In this document: positions 63,701 to 64,000 of the stretch, in pieces
Layout: the number at the start of each line of letters is the position of its first letter
How positions within the stretch are numbered: position 1 is the stretch's first letter
From: Trypanosoma brucei
Lineage: Eukaryota
DNA length: 64,000 nt
Reading direction: 5' to 3'
Assembly (NCBI GenBank): GCA_000002445.1
Contig: AL929603.2
Coordinates: 32,001 to 96,000, forward strand
Program-made: the position numbers and the translations under genes
The notes under the pieces: model-generated
What the model was told of the DNA's origin: nothing
What the model saw: the letters and a program-made list of their open reading frames with translations, nothing else
The model's database searches: none

Positions 63701-64000
63701 GTGGCGCTCTATACACCCGAAGAGTGTGCACTTTGTTTTCGCTACGTTGACAGACATGAAGTACTCTTTTGACCACTGTAACACCACGTTTAGACCGCAT
63801 TGTAGTGTGTGGTTGATGACATCCCTCTCTGTGTGCCTCGCAAGTAGCGTTAGGTCGTCTGCAAAGAATCCGTGCTGCAGTAACGGCACCTCTGCAAGGC
63901 GTTGGCTCAACGAGTTCATGACAATAATGAACATGATTGGGCCAAGGACAGTTCCTTGTGGCACTCCTCGCTCAAATGTTCTGCTTCTGGAAAGCTTCTC
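60798..64000 (-). mobile_element. ingi-type non-LTR (LINE-like) retrotransposon, 3' 3.2 kb. Its poly(A) tail abuts RHS-g. The element continues past the window end.
   Basis: The plus-strand T10 run at 60798-60807 is the poly(A) tail on the minus strand. A roughly 260-bp 3' UTR follows, then a long ORF. The junction sits exactly where RHS-g homology to RHS-e ends (gcagaa|tttttttttt). Confidence 0.85.
61070..64000 (-). CDS. ingi ORF (partial; N-terminal part outside the window). Encodes reverse transcriptase, an RNase H-like region and C-terminal C2H2 zinc fingers.
   Basis: RT motifs: PQGTVLGP ... FADDLTLLARH (YxDD-type). RNase H-like TDGS. At least 5 C-x2-C ... H-x3-5-H fingers (CTECDATYQCRSSAVTHMVNKHG, CDLCEASFGTRSSLTLHKKFKHK, CGVCQKVLSCRDSLIRHCKAFHKG, CPTCGRQCASKTGLTLHQKKMHG). 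The frame is open to position 64000. The track's apparent M at 63964 is a GTG codon. Confidence 0.85.
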   Translation of the reverse strand, partial: EKLSRSRTFERGVPQGTVLGPIMFIIVMNSLSQRLAEVPLLQHGFFADDLTLLARHTERDVINHTLQCGLNVVLQWSKEYFMSVNVAKTKCTLFGCIERHPLTLQLDGERIGADRTPKLLGVTFQCLQGMATHAAETRRKMDFRLLQIAAISASTWGPRRQVLRTFYLALVQAHTMYGIEVWYWDASERSRDLLASAQHKASRIIAGIPHGTRKEDSLLEANLLPLKTATLVRSMKFMLMCESRGGCLRRSAEEVYHSKHPVRALHSRIMRSYPHLRIEPREHPLETSTLRHSCRPIFHTQIKPVCADDPDDVKREASEKWIERHFARRGKEPPRREHYELWTDGSVSLGEKSGAAALLYRNNTLICAPKTGAGELSCSYRAECVALEIGLQRLLKWLPAYRTTPSRLSIFSDSLSMLTALQTGPLAVTDPILRRLWRLLLQVQRRKIRIRLQFVFGHCGVKRNEVCDDMAKKAADLPQLRDTWIPDIIAYAKRVLRSEEVHENTHRFGITGNHFPTKHKEELTREEETALARFRVGSSRHYGWMLRKINPSVPPQCRWCNPQHAEIGPTIQTAPTVATRTLQRTSEPTKCTECDATYQCRSSAVTHMVNKHGFVRADALRRIKYGDATPAVDIPPEPPPVVAIVPLPSSTRVPMRPQVLHCTICASKFAVPGRLLHHLRTIHGIGSGSCRVKRGRENEDSVQGDGKAPAAPASQDTRKLPFQCDLCEASFGTRSSLTLHKKFKHKSIVTEDGTVVLVQFPRKRAREGNVDVPGKGEVQCGVCQKVLSCRDSLIRHCKAFHKGEGVELKCSKSTKLCATDSPHTNTSMLVCPTCGRQCASKTGLTLHQKKMHGMKVERAVTSQRGDCEETSLHLMSCPGLKELRVRFAVEGECVQDVCFSKRLAQFLIAVERSRPQVKSSPKVTVIQPTLPSATSPLIAECGASRKSTGRRNSPDTLRDRGGMQSTSNRNRKRGRE

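Noticed and set aside
63962-63964. ingi ORF start at 63964
   Set aside because: The codon is GTG (plus-strand cac) and the frame is open upstream to the window edge. It is an internal position of a longer ORF.
1-64000. Telomeric TTAGGG repeats, VSG, ESAG, rRNA or tRNA genes
   Set aside because: I searched by eye for ccctaa/ttaggg runs and for VSG-like Ala/Lys/Thr-rich ORFs with Cys patterns. None found. No cloverleaf-like candidates convincing enough to report.
1-64000. Novel prokaryotic defence system or operon
   Set aside because: All long ORFs belong to trypanosome RHS and ingi families. The strand organisation, AT-rich intergenic spacers and poly(A)-terminated LINE indicate a eukaryotic nuclear locus. 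The bacterial-style ORF track is not applicable.

Overview
This window is eukaryotic, not prokaryotic. It has the hallmarks of a Trypanosoma brucei-group subtelomeric region upstream of a VSG expression site.

Layout, in window order:
- 1-8150: about 163 tandem copies of an exact 50-bp unit, with no unique spacers. This fits the '50-bp repeat' arrays known upstream of bloodstream VSG expression sites.
- 8151-9900: unique junction sequence.
- 9900-60797: an array of seven retrotransposon hot spot (RHS) genes and pseudogenes, all on the minus strand. Each has a GTPGIGKS P-loop and a Pro/Ala-rich N-terminus. They sit inside large, nearly identical segmental duplications.
- 60798-64000: an ingi-type non-LTR retrotransposon on the minus strand. 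Its poly(A) tail abuts the last RHS copy at the junction 60797|60798 (the RHS insertion hot spot), and its ORF (RT YxDD-like FADD, RNase H, C-terminal C2H2 zinc fingers) runs open to the window edge.

No VSG, ESAG, telomeric hexamer, rRNA or convincing tRNA was seen.

The supplied ORF track assumes bacterial gene structure and alternative start codons. Most plus-strand ORFs are antisense read-through of minus-strand RHS genes, or translations of the 50-bp repeat, and were rejected.

I found no evidence for a novel defence or mobile system beyond these known trypanosome families. Two things remain unidentified: a duplicated degenerate ORF cluster downstream of the RHS-a and RHS-c type genes, and a degenerate ORF cluster in the 3' flank of the RHS-d and RHS-f type genes.

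Points worth a second look:
- Higher-order structure in the 50-bp array.
- An RHS mosaic/chimera (RHS-b).
- A 1-bp homopolymer frameshift that distinguishes two duplicated RHS copies.
- A roughly 16-kb tandem duplication.
- The exact ingi/RHS junction.
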